Both the position numbers and the translations under genes were made by a program. Positions 1 to 8,620 of a stretch of 64,000 nt of DNA are shown here, piece by piece. Below the pieces are notes generated by a model, which did no database searches, was not told the origin of the DNA, and worked only from the letters and a program-made list of their open reading frames with translations. The stretch is taken from positions 145,685 through 209,684 of the forward strand of contig JBAZKF010000001.1 in assembly GCA_041650895.1 (NCBI GenBank). The letters run 5' to 3'. The DNA is from Patescibacteria group bacterium. Lineage in GTDB: Bacteria; Patescibacteriota; Patescibacteriia; 2-01-FULL-39-33. Numbering within the stretch: the stretch's first letter is position 1; each line of letters opens with the position of its first letter.

Positions 1-2108
1 CGCAGTTTGACTTTGCTCCCAATCTCCGGCGGCAAGCCTTCAGCTTCTGCCGGCTCAGTGATTCTCCGAGCGACCAAACAACAGATTTCCTCAAACTCGG
101 CTTCGGTCATCTCGCCGGAGTCAACCAGCGCCTTGAGCTCGTCAAAGCTCATATACTGGCGATCGGGCAACTCAAAACGAGCATCCTCCAAAGTCAAAAC
201 CAACGAACACGAAATACTGTTAGATTCCCAACGCCAATTGTAACGTTGGATCTTCGCGCAATGCGGAGCATGGCGCACGACTATCTGCGGGTCACTGATG
301 ATCGTCGCCATAGTCAGGAGCTTCAATATCTTTGGGAGGTCGAACCGTCCTTTCACGGTGAGGTCGACCGGTTCCCCGACCACTAATTGGCCGGACGACG
401 AACTCGAGATGACCGAACGGTTGCTCAACTGCCTCTGTTCAAACCCATACATGGGATAACTTTCTCGGCCAGTGCTGACTTTGGCGCTAAGACCATCAGA
501 AACCATGTGAAGCTTGTCCAACATGCCGCTAACCACCAGCTCGGCCATTAGGTCATCGTTAATGTCGGGAGATTTGTTCTGTCCCCTGTCATCAGCCGAC
601 AGATATTGCAGTTTGCGCTCTATCTCTTGAACGCGCCGATAATGCTTCAAAGACAGTCCATGGTCAGAGAACGTCTGTGGATCCTTCCGTAAACCGTCTG
701 CGAAACAGCAATAATGATATTGCGCAACCGCGTCAGAAATCCCGACGTAAGGCGGCAACTTTATCCAGCTATCCTTGACCCGCGACTGGATTCCGCCCAC
801 CTCCCTACAAGCAACAATACGACGCATGGCCGGCAACTGGCCGACTTTCTTTGCCAACACTAATGATTTTGCTGAGTTCACAGAAACCGGCCACCGGGAT
901 ATTAATTCACCCAGCGACGACGCCGTGCCATCAGCCATTACTGCTCCCAGAATTCGCAGAGTCCGATAAGACTCGGCCATAGCAGATCTGTTCGGCTGAT
1001 GGAAGAATTCCAACTCCATCACATTAATACCATGGCAGGCCAGGCGTAGGATGAGTTGATCCAGACGAACCCGCTCAATCTCCGCCTTGGGAAAATCTTC
1101 TTGGTCCTCCCAACCGCTATAACAATTGATATATACCCCTTCCGAGTCCCTACCGGCTCGTCCCCTGCGTTGATCGACTTGAGCCTTGGAAATACGGCGT
1201 AGATAAAGCCCCTCTACGCCATCCTTGGTTTCGATGCGCTTTTCCAATTGCGTATCAAGTACCCCGTTAATTCCGGGTACTGTGACCCCGGATTCAGCTA
1301 TATTAGTGGTTACGATAATTTTCGGTTTGCCGTAATCCACAAAAACCAAATCTTGTTCCTCCGGGGGCAAGTCCCCATGGAGGGGTAGAATTACCGCATC
1401 AGTATCAACGCCCATTTGGCGCAATCGATCAATACAATCATAAACTTCCCTTTTACCGGGCTGGAACAACTTGATAGTGCGGCCCTCCTTGACTAACAGT
1501 GCCGCTTCTTCTTCAATTGACCCTGTTGTCATGGGACGATCCACTACCGGAAACAACCTGCCTTCAACGCTCAATACGGGCGCATTGTCAAAATATTCCG
1601 ACAAGCGCTCAGCTTCAAGCGTTGCTGACATAATGACCAAACGAAAATTAGCTCCTTCCTTCAGGCGCTTTTTGGCCCAGGCCACCAAGGCCTCGGTCTC
1701 CACGCCCCACTCATGGACCTCGTCAATAATCAAGACTTCCGGTTGCCAGTCAAAGACGATCTCACGAATCGACTCCGCTCCATCAGTGCTATACAGCAAT
1801 CTGGTATCTGCGGAGCAATTCCGTTCAAATCCGGTACGGTAACCAATTTCCCCGCCTAACTTGCAACCATTCTGTCGCGCCACATAACACGCGACCGAAC
1901 GAGCAAGGAAACGCCGTGGCACAGTGCATACCACTTTGAATCCGGCCCGCCAAAACATTGGCGGTATTAAGGTGGTTTTACCGGAGCCGGTCTTCGCCGT
2001 AATAATAACCACCGGGTTATCCAAAACCAACTCAGTAATCTCTGCTTCACGAGCCGCGACCGGCAGGGTTGATGGATTAACTAAAGAGATCAATATCTTA
2101 TCCTCCAT
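1..2108 (-). CDS. DEAH-box ATP-dependent helicase, HrpA/HrpB-like (C-terminal end runs off the left window edge)
   Basis: Absent from the ORF track because there is no stop in the window. Hand translation of the minus strand from ATG 2108-2106 gives MEDKILISLVNPSTLPVAAREAEITELVLDNPVVIITAKTGSGKTT (Walker A), LIIDEVHEW (DEVH motif II) and VIMSATLE (motif III). The frame was spot-checked open at 1020-1080 and 1-60. The + strand ORFs listed between 7 and 2205 are shadows of this gene. Confidence 0.85.
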   Translation of the reverse strand, partial: MEDKILISLVNPSTLPVAAREAEITELVLDNPVVIITAKTGSGKTTLIPPMFWRAGFKVVCTVPRRFLARSVACYVARQNGCKLGGEIGYRTGFERNCSADTRLLYSTDGAESIREIVFDWQPEVLIIDEVHEWGVETEALVAWAKKRLKEGANFRLVIMSATLEAERLSEYFDNAPVLSVEGRLFPVVDRPMTTGSIEEEAALLVKEGRTIKLFQPGKREVYDCIDRLRQMGVDTDAVILPLHGDLPPEEQDLVFVDYGKPKIIVTTNIAESGVTVPGINGVLDTQLEKRIETKDGVEGLYLRRISKAQVDQRRGRAGRDSEGVYINCYSGWEDQEDFPKAEIERVRLDQLILRLACHGINVMELEFFHQPNRSAMAESYRTLRILGAVMADGTASSLGELISRWPVSVNSAKSLVLAKKVGQLPAMRRIVACREVGGIQSRVKDSWIKLPPYVGISDAVAQYHYCCFADGLRKDPQTFSDHGLSLKHYRRVQEIERKLQYLSADDRGQNKSPDINDDLMAELVVSGMLDKLHMVSDGLSAKVSTGRESYPMYGFEQRQLSNRSVISSSSSGQLVVGEPVDLTVKGRFDLPKILKLLTMATIISDPQIVVRHAPHCAKIQRYNWRWESNSISCSLVLTLEDARFELPDRQYMSFDELKALVDSGEMTEAEFEEICCLVARRITEPAEAEGLPPEIGSKVKL

Positions 2109-2313
2109 TAATCATGAGAGAAATTTGAGTTCTCTCCGACAATGGAGAGAACGACCGTTGGGCCGTCAAATTTTATCTCCCTACTTTAAAGTATTCAATT
2201 TTTAGGTACGCCGCTAACTTTTAAGTTGAGCGGTTAACTCTGACTTTAACCGTCTATACATCCGATTAAAAACAGGCAAAAACCGTTCAAATTAGACATA
2301 AATTCAATATGTA

Positions 2314-2342
2314 ATTATATCACACATTAATTATTTTGTCAA
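2314..2342 (-). promoter_or_regulatory. Consensus sigma70-type promoter driving the helicase gene
   Basis: On the minus strand: TTGACA (2342-2337), a 17-nt spacer, then the extended -10 TGaTATAAT (2322-2314). It lies about 200 nt upstream of the helicase ATG. Confidence 0.6.
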
Positions 2343-2390
2343 GATAGTTATCCACAATATAAAACATGACTTCTGGTGTATGGTTTATAA

Positions 2391-2406
2391 TATCTAAATT
2401 TAGATA
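2391..2406. promoter_or_regulatory. Perfect 16-bp palindrome TATCTAAATTTAGATA (operator-like) upstream of murA
   Basis: Read directly from the sequence. It abuts a TATAAT hexamer (2386-2391) and lies 82 nt upstream of the murA ATG. Confidence 0.35.
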
Positions 2407-2487
2407 AAAAAATATGATAATTTAGCCAATATATTTGCTTTAAATGCTCAATAATGTTATTATTAAACTAATAAATACTTATTTTAT

Positions 2488-3741
2488 ATGGAAAAATACA
2501 TCATCGAAGGCGGGCATAGATTGTCCGGCGAAATTAGCGTCCCCGGCGCCAAGAATCAAGTAGGCAAAATGCTGGCCGCCAGCATCCTCTCCTCCGAACC
2601 ATGCGAGCTGACTAATGTACCGGCGATTGAAGACGTAACGCACATGCTGGAGCTTTTGGAAGATATCGGCGCCAAAATTGAACGGAGCGAAGGCCGCCTA
2701 ATAATTGATCCGTCAGGCGTCAATAAATCAGAACCGTCGGCCGAGCTGGTCAAACGTCTCAGATCTTCGGTTATGCTGGCCGGGCCGCTTCTGGCGCGCT
2801 TCGGCAAAGTGACCATGGCGCATCCCGGAGGCTGCGTCATTGGCAAACGTCCGATTGATATGTTTCTTGCCGGCTTCAAAGCTTTAGGAGCCAAAATTGA
2901 AGAAAACGAAAACCACTACACCCTACACGCCAAAAAATTAATCGGTGCTAAAATCGTCATGCCTTGGATAGCTGTTACCGCCACTGAGTCACTGATGATG
3001 ACTGCAACTTTAGCTGAAGGCGTCACGCAAATCATTAACGCGGCCATGGAACCGGAAATCCCGGCTTTGGCTGATTACCTTAATTCCTGCGGCGCCAAAA
3101 TCACCGGCGCCGGCACGCCAGTTATCACAATTGAAGGTGTAAAAAAAATCAGCGGCGGCAAATGCCAACTAATCCCCGACCGCATTGAAGCGGGAACTTT
3201 CGTCATCATGGGACTTCTGACTGGCAGTGAAATTACAATCACTAATTGCGAGCCCAAGCACTTGGACGTGGTTCTAGCCACACTGGAAAAAGCCGGAGCC
3301 AAATTGGATGTGGGAGAAAATTACATCAAAACCAAACGCAGCAAAGTAAAAGCGGTGGAATTACGCACCCATGAGTATCCGGGTTTTCCTACCGACCTGC
3401 AAGCGCCTTTTACCGTGCTTATGACTCAAGGCGAAGGATTATCTTTGATCCATGAAGTAATTTATGAAGGCCGGCTGTTTTATACCGACAAGCTTAATGC
3501 CATGGGAGCTAACATTATTATGTGCGACCCTCATCGAGTAATTGTCTCCGGGCCGACAACTTTACACGGCAAAAAACTGGAATCGCCTGACCTGCGCGCC
3601 GGTATGGCCTTAGTCTTAGCCGGCCTTGCCGCCCAAGGGAAAACTACGATTGACAATATTTATCAAGTTGAACGAGGCTATCAGGATCCGATCGGCCGCC
3701 TGCGGGCATTAGGCGCCAAAATTGAAAAAATCAAGGAGTAA
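2488..3741 (+). CDS. murA: UDP-N-acetylglucosamine 1-carboxyvinyltransferase
   Basis: 417 aa. The N-terminus MEKYIIEGGHRLSGEISVPGAKNQ and the active-site loop HPGGCVIGKRPID (catalytic Cys) are typical of MurA over its full length. Confidence 0.95.
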   Translation: MEKYIIEGGHRLSGEISVPGAKNQVGKMLAASILSSEPCELTNVPAIEDVTHMLELLEDIGAKIERSEGRLIIDPSGVNKSEPSAELVKRLRSSVMLAGPLLARFGKVTMAHPGGCVIGKRPIDMFLAGFKALGAKIEENENHYTLHAKKLIGAKIVMPWIAVTATESLMMTATLAEGVTQIINAAMEPEIPALADYLNSCGAKITGAGTPVITIEGVKKISGGKCQLIPDRIEAGTFVIMGLLTGSEITITNCEPKHLDVVLATLEKAGAKLDVGENYIKTKRSKVKAVELRTHEYPGFPTDLQAPFTVLMTQGEGLSLIHEVIYEGRLFYTDKLNAMGANIIMCDPHRVIVSGPTTLHGKKLESPDLRAGMALVLAGLAAQGKTTIDNIYQVERGYQDPIGRLRALGAKIEKIKE

Positions 3742-3742
3742 T

Positions 3743-5071
3743 ATGACCTTATTATATCGTCGTATAACTTACATTTCCTTCATTATAATTTTCCTGATTA
3801 TTACGCCTCTTATCATCGCCTATACGGCCGGTTATCGTTATAATTTCAGCAAAGGCCGGGTGCAAAAAACCGGCATCCTGCGCATTACTTCTATTCCTCG
3901 TGGCGCCAACATCTACCTGAATAGCCAAATACAAAACACACAGACTCCGGCCAAAATCCAATATCTGATGCCGGGTGATTACGAGATTAAACTAACCAAA
4001 GAGGGATATTTTGATTGGCAAAAAAAACTGCCGATTACAGAAAATAATACCACCTTCGCTGAAAAAATAATCCTCTGGAAAAAACCAGCGGCAAAAAAAT
4101 TAAACGCCACCACCAGCGTCTCCTCTTGGCTTATTTCACCCGATAAAAACATTATCGCCTTCAGCCAGCTGGACGGATCTATTGGTATTATTGACGTCAA
4201 TTCCGGCTTATTCGGCGAGCTATCAGGCGGTTCACTGGAAATAATCACTAAAATTTCTGATTACGGCGAAGTTAAGTTAATCAGCTACTCCCCAACCGGC
4301 CGTTATCTGATCGCTGAAAGTGGTAAAAGCAACGCTAAAACCTATTTCCTCATCGACGCTTTTTTAAAAAAATACGATAAATTGCCGATAAAAAACTATT
4401 CTGCCATTAAATGGGACAGAAACTCCGACACGCTTTATGCCAACGATAAAACAAGTTTGTGGCAAATTAATGTTTCCAACTCAACAGCCAAACAATTATT
4501 AAAAAGCTTTACCGGCGATTTTTATTTTGATAATCAAAACTTTTACATCTTTAAAAATTCCATTTTAAGCCGAGGCACTCTGACTAATGCTAATATCAGC
4601 GATATAGCAGCTATCACCTGCGATGCTTGCCGAATTGAAACGATTAAAGGCAACCGCCTGTATCTTTTTAACCGGCTCAGCGGCGACTTGCGTATTATTG
4701 ATTTATCCGGCAAAACCAAATCCGCCAGCCTGAAAGCCAAGTCTTTTGATTTTCTAGCTAATAATTCAGCTTTGATTTATAATGATTTTGAACTATCAAT
4801 TTATAACAGCGCCAAAGATGAACCAGAACTTATCACCCGGCTGGGCCAGCCTATTTCCGCCGCCGCCTGGCACCCAACCGGACGCTATATTTTCTTTGTT
4901 ACTGAAGGACAATTAAAAGTCATTGAATTGGATAACCGCGAATTGCGCAATATCATTACTATAATTGACGCCCCTGCTGATTTCATCCAATTGGATCGTG
5001 CCGGCAATAATGTTTATTTCAGCGGGTTAATAGACAAACAGGAAGGCATTTACAAACTGGACATCCAATAA
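3743..5071 (+). CDS. Membrane-anchored PEGA-domain protein with a beta-rich (TolB/WD40-like) C-terminal region
   Basis: The ORF track start (3722) is a TTG inside murA. ATG 3743 is preceded by AAGGAG (3733-3738). It has a TM helix (ITYISFIIIFLIITPLIIAY) and a PEGA-like segment (LRITSIPRGANIYLNS...PGDYEIKLTKEGYFDW). The rest is repetitive and beta-strand rich. Confidence 0.6.
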   Translation: MTLLYRRITYISFIIIFLIITPLIIAYTAGYRYNFSKGRVQKTGILRITSIPRGANIYLNSQIQNTQTPAKIQYLMPGDYEIKLTKEGYFDWQKKLPITENNTTFAEKIILWKKPAAKKLNATTSVSSWLISPDKNIIAFSQLDGSIGIIDVNSGLFGELSGGSLEIITKISDYGEVKLISYSPTGRYLIAESGKSNAKTYFLIDAFLKKYDKLPIKNYSAIKWDRNSDTLYANDKTSLWQINVSNSTAKQLLKSFTGDFYFDNQNFYIFKNSILSRGTLTNANISDIAAITCDACRIETIKGNRLYLFNRLSGDLRIIDLSGKTKSASLKAKSFDFLANNSALIYNDFELSIYNSAKDEPELITRLGQPISAAAWHPTGRYIFFVTEGQLKVIELDNRELRNIITIIDAPADFIQLDRAGNNVYFSGLIDKQEGIYKLDIQ

Positions 5072-5102
5072 TCCCTAAAATCATAAGGCAAATTAATAAT
5101 AA

Positions 5103-5131
5103 ACCGCCACTATTGACAAATGGCGGTTTTT
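5103..5131 (+). terminator. Rho-independent terminator after the PEGA-domain gene
   Basis: Stem ACCGCCA (5103-5109) pairs with TGGCGGT (5121-5127) and is followed by a T run (5127-5131). Confidence 0.6.
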
Positions 5132-5141
5132 GAGTTATCAT
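5113..5141 (+). promoter_or_regulatory. Putative promoter for the deaminase gene, embedded in the terminator loop
   Basis: TTGACA (5113-5118), a 17-nt spacer, then TATCAT (5136-5141). A tandem direct repeat ATCATAGAAC x2 (5137-5146, 5148-5157) follows immediately. Confidence 0.45.
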
Positions 5142-5218
5142 AGAACAATCATAGAACTTTAAAAACAATAAAAAATTGTCTCGGTCAGTGCCTCGACCAA
5201 ACAAGAAGGAGAACCCAG

Positions 5219-5806
5219 ATGGATTCATCGCCAGAATTAGTGGAAGAAATAAAAAGATTCAGAGTGGGATTTGCTTATCTAATGGATGTTATGTATTCAT
5301 GTGCGGCGAAGAGCAATGATCCGGACACGCATATCGGAGCAGTTATAGTTCGACCCGAGTTTAATAAAACTGTTTTAACGGCCGATTTGCGTAGAAGCAT
5401 AGTTTCCACCGGCTGTAATCATTTTCCTCGCAACATAAAAATTACTCCGGCAATGCTGGAGCGCCCGGAAAAACACCTTTGGACTGTTCATGCCGAAACT
5501 GATGCTATTTGTTGCGCCGCCCGTTACGGCGGATCTTTACAGGGTTGCCACCTTTTTACCAATGGCCTGCCCTGCTCCGAATGCGCCAAAGTGATTGTTG
5601 AGAGTGGCATCGCTTCAATTTATATTGACCGAGGCTGGGAATCATTCGGTGATCCCGGTTTCCAGAAGACCTGGGCGGAAAAATTTAGGGTCAGTAGAAT
5701 CATGCTTGATGCGGCCAATATTCCGGTTATTCCTATCCCTTACCTCCATAACATCTGCAGTGAAGTACGAAGAGTGCCACGCTTCAAGCGCGGCCAATGG
5801 TTTTAA
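5219..5806 (+). CDS. dCMP/CMP deaminase family zinc enzyme (ComEB-like)
   Basis: 195 aa with HAETDAI and PCSECAK zinc-binding motifs (HAE...PCxxC). AAGGAG lies upstream of the ATG. Confidence 0.8.
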   Translation: MDSSPELVEEIKRFRVGFAYLMDVMYSCAAKSNDPDTHIGAVIVRPEFNKTVLTADLRRSIVSTGCNHFPRNIKITPAMLERPEKHLWTVHAETDAICCAARYGGSLQGCHLFTNGLPCSECAKVIVESGIASIYIDRGWESFGDPGFQKTWAEKFRVSRIMLDAANIPVIPIPYLHNICSEVRRVPRFKRGQWF

Positions 5807-5843
5807 AAGGATCAATGATCTTAAACCGATAAAGGAAAATACC

Positions 5844-6269
5844 ATGAGAAAATTACTCTTGATAGAATTTGACAAAGAAGCCAGATCGGCGCTAGGACGA
5901 ACACTTGGCGATGCCGGCTACATCGTACACGCCAGCGATATGTCGCGAGCTGAGCTGGGAACAGCCAGGGAAGCGTTACTCGGAGATAAGTTTGACGCCA
6001 TCGTTATTGAGCCGGAAATGCCCTTGGATGAATTGGCTAAGGGCCCGGAAGCGTTGAGCGGGATAAAACTCTTAGCAAAATGGCGAGAACAAGGTCTGAC
6101 CCTGCCACCGATAGTCGCCTTGACCTGGCGCAATTACAGTTATTTTTTTGGCGACGAGAAACTATACCAACACGGCATTGGTTGCGTGGTGGATAAGATT
6201 GGCGGTTCAGATTCATTGCTTAATGCGCTTGAATGCCTGTGGGAGAAAGAAGAAGAGGAATTTGATTGA
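5844..6269 (+). CDS. Stand-alone receiver-like (CheY-fold) domain protein, atypical
   Basis: The ORF track extends it to 5595, overlapping the deaminase. ATG 5844 follows AAAGGA. The sequence is MRKLLLIEFDKEAR...FDAIVIEPEMP...IVALTW...VVDK. The Thr and Lys positions are kept, but the acidic pocket is EFD and Glu replaces the phospho-acceptor Asp. Confidence 0.55.
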   Translation: MRKLLLIEFDKEARSALGRTLGDAGYIVHASDMSRAELGTAREALLGDKFDAIVIEPEMPLDELAKGPEALSGIKLLAKWREQGLTLPPIVALTWRNYSYFFGDEKLYQHGIGCVVDKIGGSDSLLNALECLWEKEEEEFD

Positions 6270-6276
6270 ACAAAAC

Positions 6277-6308
6277 AACGCCCCCTATTAAGGGAGCGTT
6301 TTAATTTT
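6277..6308. terminator. Bidirectional hairpin terminator between convergent genes
   Basis: AACGCCCCC (6277-6285) pairs with GGGAGCGTT (6292-6300), giving a 9-bp stem with one mismatch. It is flanked by an A-rich stretch on the left and a T-rich stretch on the right. Confidence 0.55.
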
Positions 6309-6312
6309 GCCT

Positions 6313-6720
6313 TTAAGTTATTTGCGTTTTAATTTTCTCCGCTAATTCCTGTTGCCGGCCTGGTTCATATTCTTTACCCGGCCAGAGCTTGAGGCCATCA
6401 CCCTCAGACCGGGGCACAATATGAAAATGCACATGGCCGACAACCTGACCTGATGCCCCGCCATTATTAAGCATCAAATTGAAAGCATTGGTTCCGGTGG
6501 CGGATAGAACCGCCGGCGCAATCTTCTGCGCCAAACCCAAAAGCTGGCAAGCGTCATCAGCCGGCAAATCCAGCAAAGTTTCATAATGGGCCTTAGGAAT
6601 GATCAAGGTGTGACCCGGGTTGACCGGCGCAATATCCAAAAAAGCCAAAAACTTATCATCCTCATAAACTTTGGCTGAGGGGATTTCTCCGGCAATGATT
6701 TTACAAAAGATACAGTCCAT
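6313..6720 (-). CDS. HIT family (histidine triad) nucleotide hydrolase
   Basis: 135 aa. MDCIFCKIIAGEIPS at the N-terminus and the histidine triad HVHFHIVPR. Confidence 0.9.
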   Translation of the reverse strand: MDCIFCKIIAGEIPSAKVYEDDKFLAFLDIAPVNPGHTLIIPKAHYETLLDLPADDACQLLGLAQKIAPAVLSATGTNAFNLMLNNGGASGQVVGHVHFHIVPRSEGDGLKLWPGKEYEPGRQQELAEKIKTQIT

Positions 6721-6757
6721 ATGGTTTGATTATAAATTAAAAATAACAAGTTAATGA

Positions 6758-8620
6758 TTATTTGCTGCAAATAATATTATTAGTTGTCTCCTGAAACTCC
6801 TTGGCAGAGACAGCTTCCAAAGACAAAATTATCGGCAAAGACTCTTTGATGCATGGCCTTTCGGGCAAGTCCTTTATTTCTTGCCAGACAACTTGCGCTT
6901 TCTGCCAATCGGCATCGGTTATCACCAAGTCCATGACCGGCCCGGAATAGTAGTTGGCCACAATCAACAAGGAAAGAATAACCACGGCTAATTCCGCCTG
7001 ATGGCGCCTTTTAATAGCCGAGATGATCAACTGGCAAAACAATAAAAGCAAAGGCAGAATGGCAAAAAGCGTCAAACGACGCGCCAAGGAGTGCTCGCCC
7101 GATAAAAATCCCCAGCTAATAAAGTAAGCGCCGAGAGTGATCAGAGAAAAATAAGAGACTAAGCGCCACGCCGCGTCATTGCGTTGCCAGGCGACAATCA
7201 AGGAAACCAAATAAACTAAGATAAAAATTGTAGCCACGGCTAAATCAAAGATTTTGGGCATCAAACCCCACTGCGGCCATAACTTCAAACCGGAATTAAA
7301 ATACCATAAATTGCCGGCGGTCCAGGCCTGATATAAACCGCCTAAATGAAAACTGACTTGCCGGCTGGAAACAAAATCCAGAGCTACCAATCCTATTATC
7401 GCCAACAAAGCCACGATTGCCGACCAATCGCGTTTTCTGGCAGTCAATGTTAATAAACCAAAAATTATCAGCAAAATAAAGGCCAACGAATAATTAAAAT
7501 AATTAAGTGCCGTAAAAGCCAAGGCCAATAAGGCCATTTTATTATTCGGGCGCCTCAAATAGGCCAGCCAAAGCATGACGCCGAAAGCAAAATTGAGCAA
7601 CCCCCAACTTGCCGGCAAACCCTGTCCGCCATAATACTGCCATAAATAAAAACCGGAACTTAAAACGGCTGCCAGCAGGGCAAACTGCCGATTAGGGTAT
7701 AATAACGAAGCAATAACAAAAATAATTAACGGCAAAAATAAAGACCAAAGAAACGGTAAAAGAAAACGATTGAGCTGAAACACATCAATTGAAGTTATCT
7801 TGGAAACAACAGCCTCCAGCGACCATTGGGCGCCATAAGACAACTTGGCCGGATCCGCTAAGGCTTGCGGAACTTTTATTCCACTAACAGCAACGTACCA
7901 GACATCACCGGCCAATAATGTCGGCTGATATTCCAAACCCGATAATAAGCGGTATTCCGATCCAAGATGACGGAAACGATCACCACCAAAACCATTCGGA
8001 TAAACCAATAAATAAGAATGGATTAATAAAGAAAAAATAATAACGGAAAATAATGCCACCGCCAAAGATATGCGACTCTGCGACAAATATAGGGCAGCCA
8101 AAGAGCAGACAAAAACGATTACTAAAAACAACGGACTGAGAGTTTGCCAGGGACTGACTAATCCACTGCTATTTATACCAGCAAAAACAAAATAACCGCC
8201 GATAACAGCCAAGACCAATAGGATAGCGGCATAACCGAAATAAGCGGGCAAAAACGGCTCGCTCGAGTAACTTCCGGCGCCGCAGGCAGGCAATTTAGCA
8301 TAATAAAAATACAAAACAACAATAAAGACTAAAGAGATGATGAAAGCGGCAATAATGAAAATGTTAGAAAAAGACAACCAAGCCGTGAAAATATTAGTTA
8401 CCAACGACAAAATAGCCAAACTAAAAAAAATCCCCAACGCCATGGCCAATTGCCTATTGACGGGCAGGATTCTCAAAAGGACTCTACCTGCGAAGTAAGT
8501 TGAGATAAATAACCAGACAAAGGATAAAATAAGATAGAGAATCATAAATAACAAATCATAAATATCAAATACCGAATAATTCTTTGGCATTTTTGGTTGT
8601 GGCTTCGGCCACTTCGCCAT
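6758..8620 (-). CDS. Large polytopic membrane protein, function unknown (possibly GT-C-like)
   Basis: 620 aa, almost entirely hydrophobic helices (15 or more predicted by eye). AAAGGA lies 8 nt upstream of ATG 8620. It overlaps the tatD 3' end by 56 nt, so the start is uncertain (alternatives 8590 and 8545). Confidence 0.5.
   Translation of the reverse strand: MAKWPKPQPKMPKNYSVFDIYDLLFMILYLILSFVWLFISTYFAGRVLLRILPVNRQLAMALGIFFSLAILSLVTNIFTAWLSFSNIFIIAAFIISLVFIVVLYFYYAKLPACGAGSYSSEPFLPAYFGYAAILLVLAVIGGYFVFAGINSSGLVSPWQTLSPLFLVIVFVCSLAALYLSQSRISLAVALFSVIIFSLLIHSYLLVYPNGFGGDRFRHLGSEYRLLSGLEYQPTLLAGDVWYVAVSGIKVPQALADPAKLSYGAQWSLEAVVSKITSIDVFQLNRFLLPFLWSLFLPLIIFVIASLLYPNRQFALLAAVLSSGFYLWQYYGGQGLPASWGLLNFAFGVMLWLAYLRRPNNKMALLALAFTALNYFNYSLAFILLIIFGLLTLTARKRDWSAIVALLAIIGLVALDFVSSRQVSFHLGGLYQAWTAGNLWYFNSGLKLWPQWGLMPKIFDLAVATIFILVYLVSLIVAWQRNDAAWRLVSYFSLITLGAYFISWGFLSGEHSLARRLTLFAILPLLLLFCQLIISAIKRRHQAELAVVILSLLIVANYYSGPVMDLVITDADWQKAQVVWQEIKDLPERPCIKESLPIILSLEAVSAKEFQETTNNIICSK

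Noticed and set aside
7-2205. Plus-strand ORFs 7..243, 775..969, 1471..1842 and 1924..2205 from the ORF track
   Set aside because: They lie antisense to a continuous minus-strand reading frame with unmistakable DEAH-helicase motifs. Their translations are low-complexity, Ser/Arg-rich shadows.
2348-2356. A perfect DnaA box TTATCCACA (plus similar nonamers at 16212-16220 and 20175-20183), which could mark a replication origin (oriC)
   Set aside because: These are single, isolated boxes with no cluster, no adjacent dnaA/dnaN, and no AT-rich 13-mer unwinding array. The two intergenic copies are better explained as part of a shared promoter module, and the third lies inside a GT2 coding region.
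5595-5843. An N-terminal extension of the receiver-like ORF (track start 5595)
   Set aside because: It overlaps the last ~70 codons of the well-supported deaminase gene in another frame. An ATG with an upstream AAAGGA at 5844 coincides with the start of the receiver fold.
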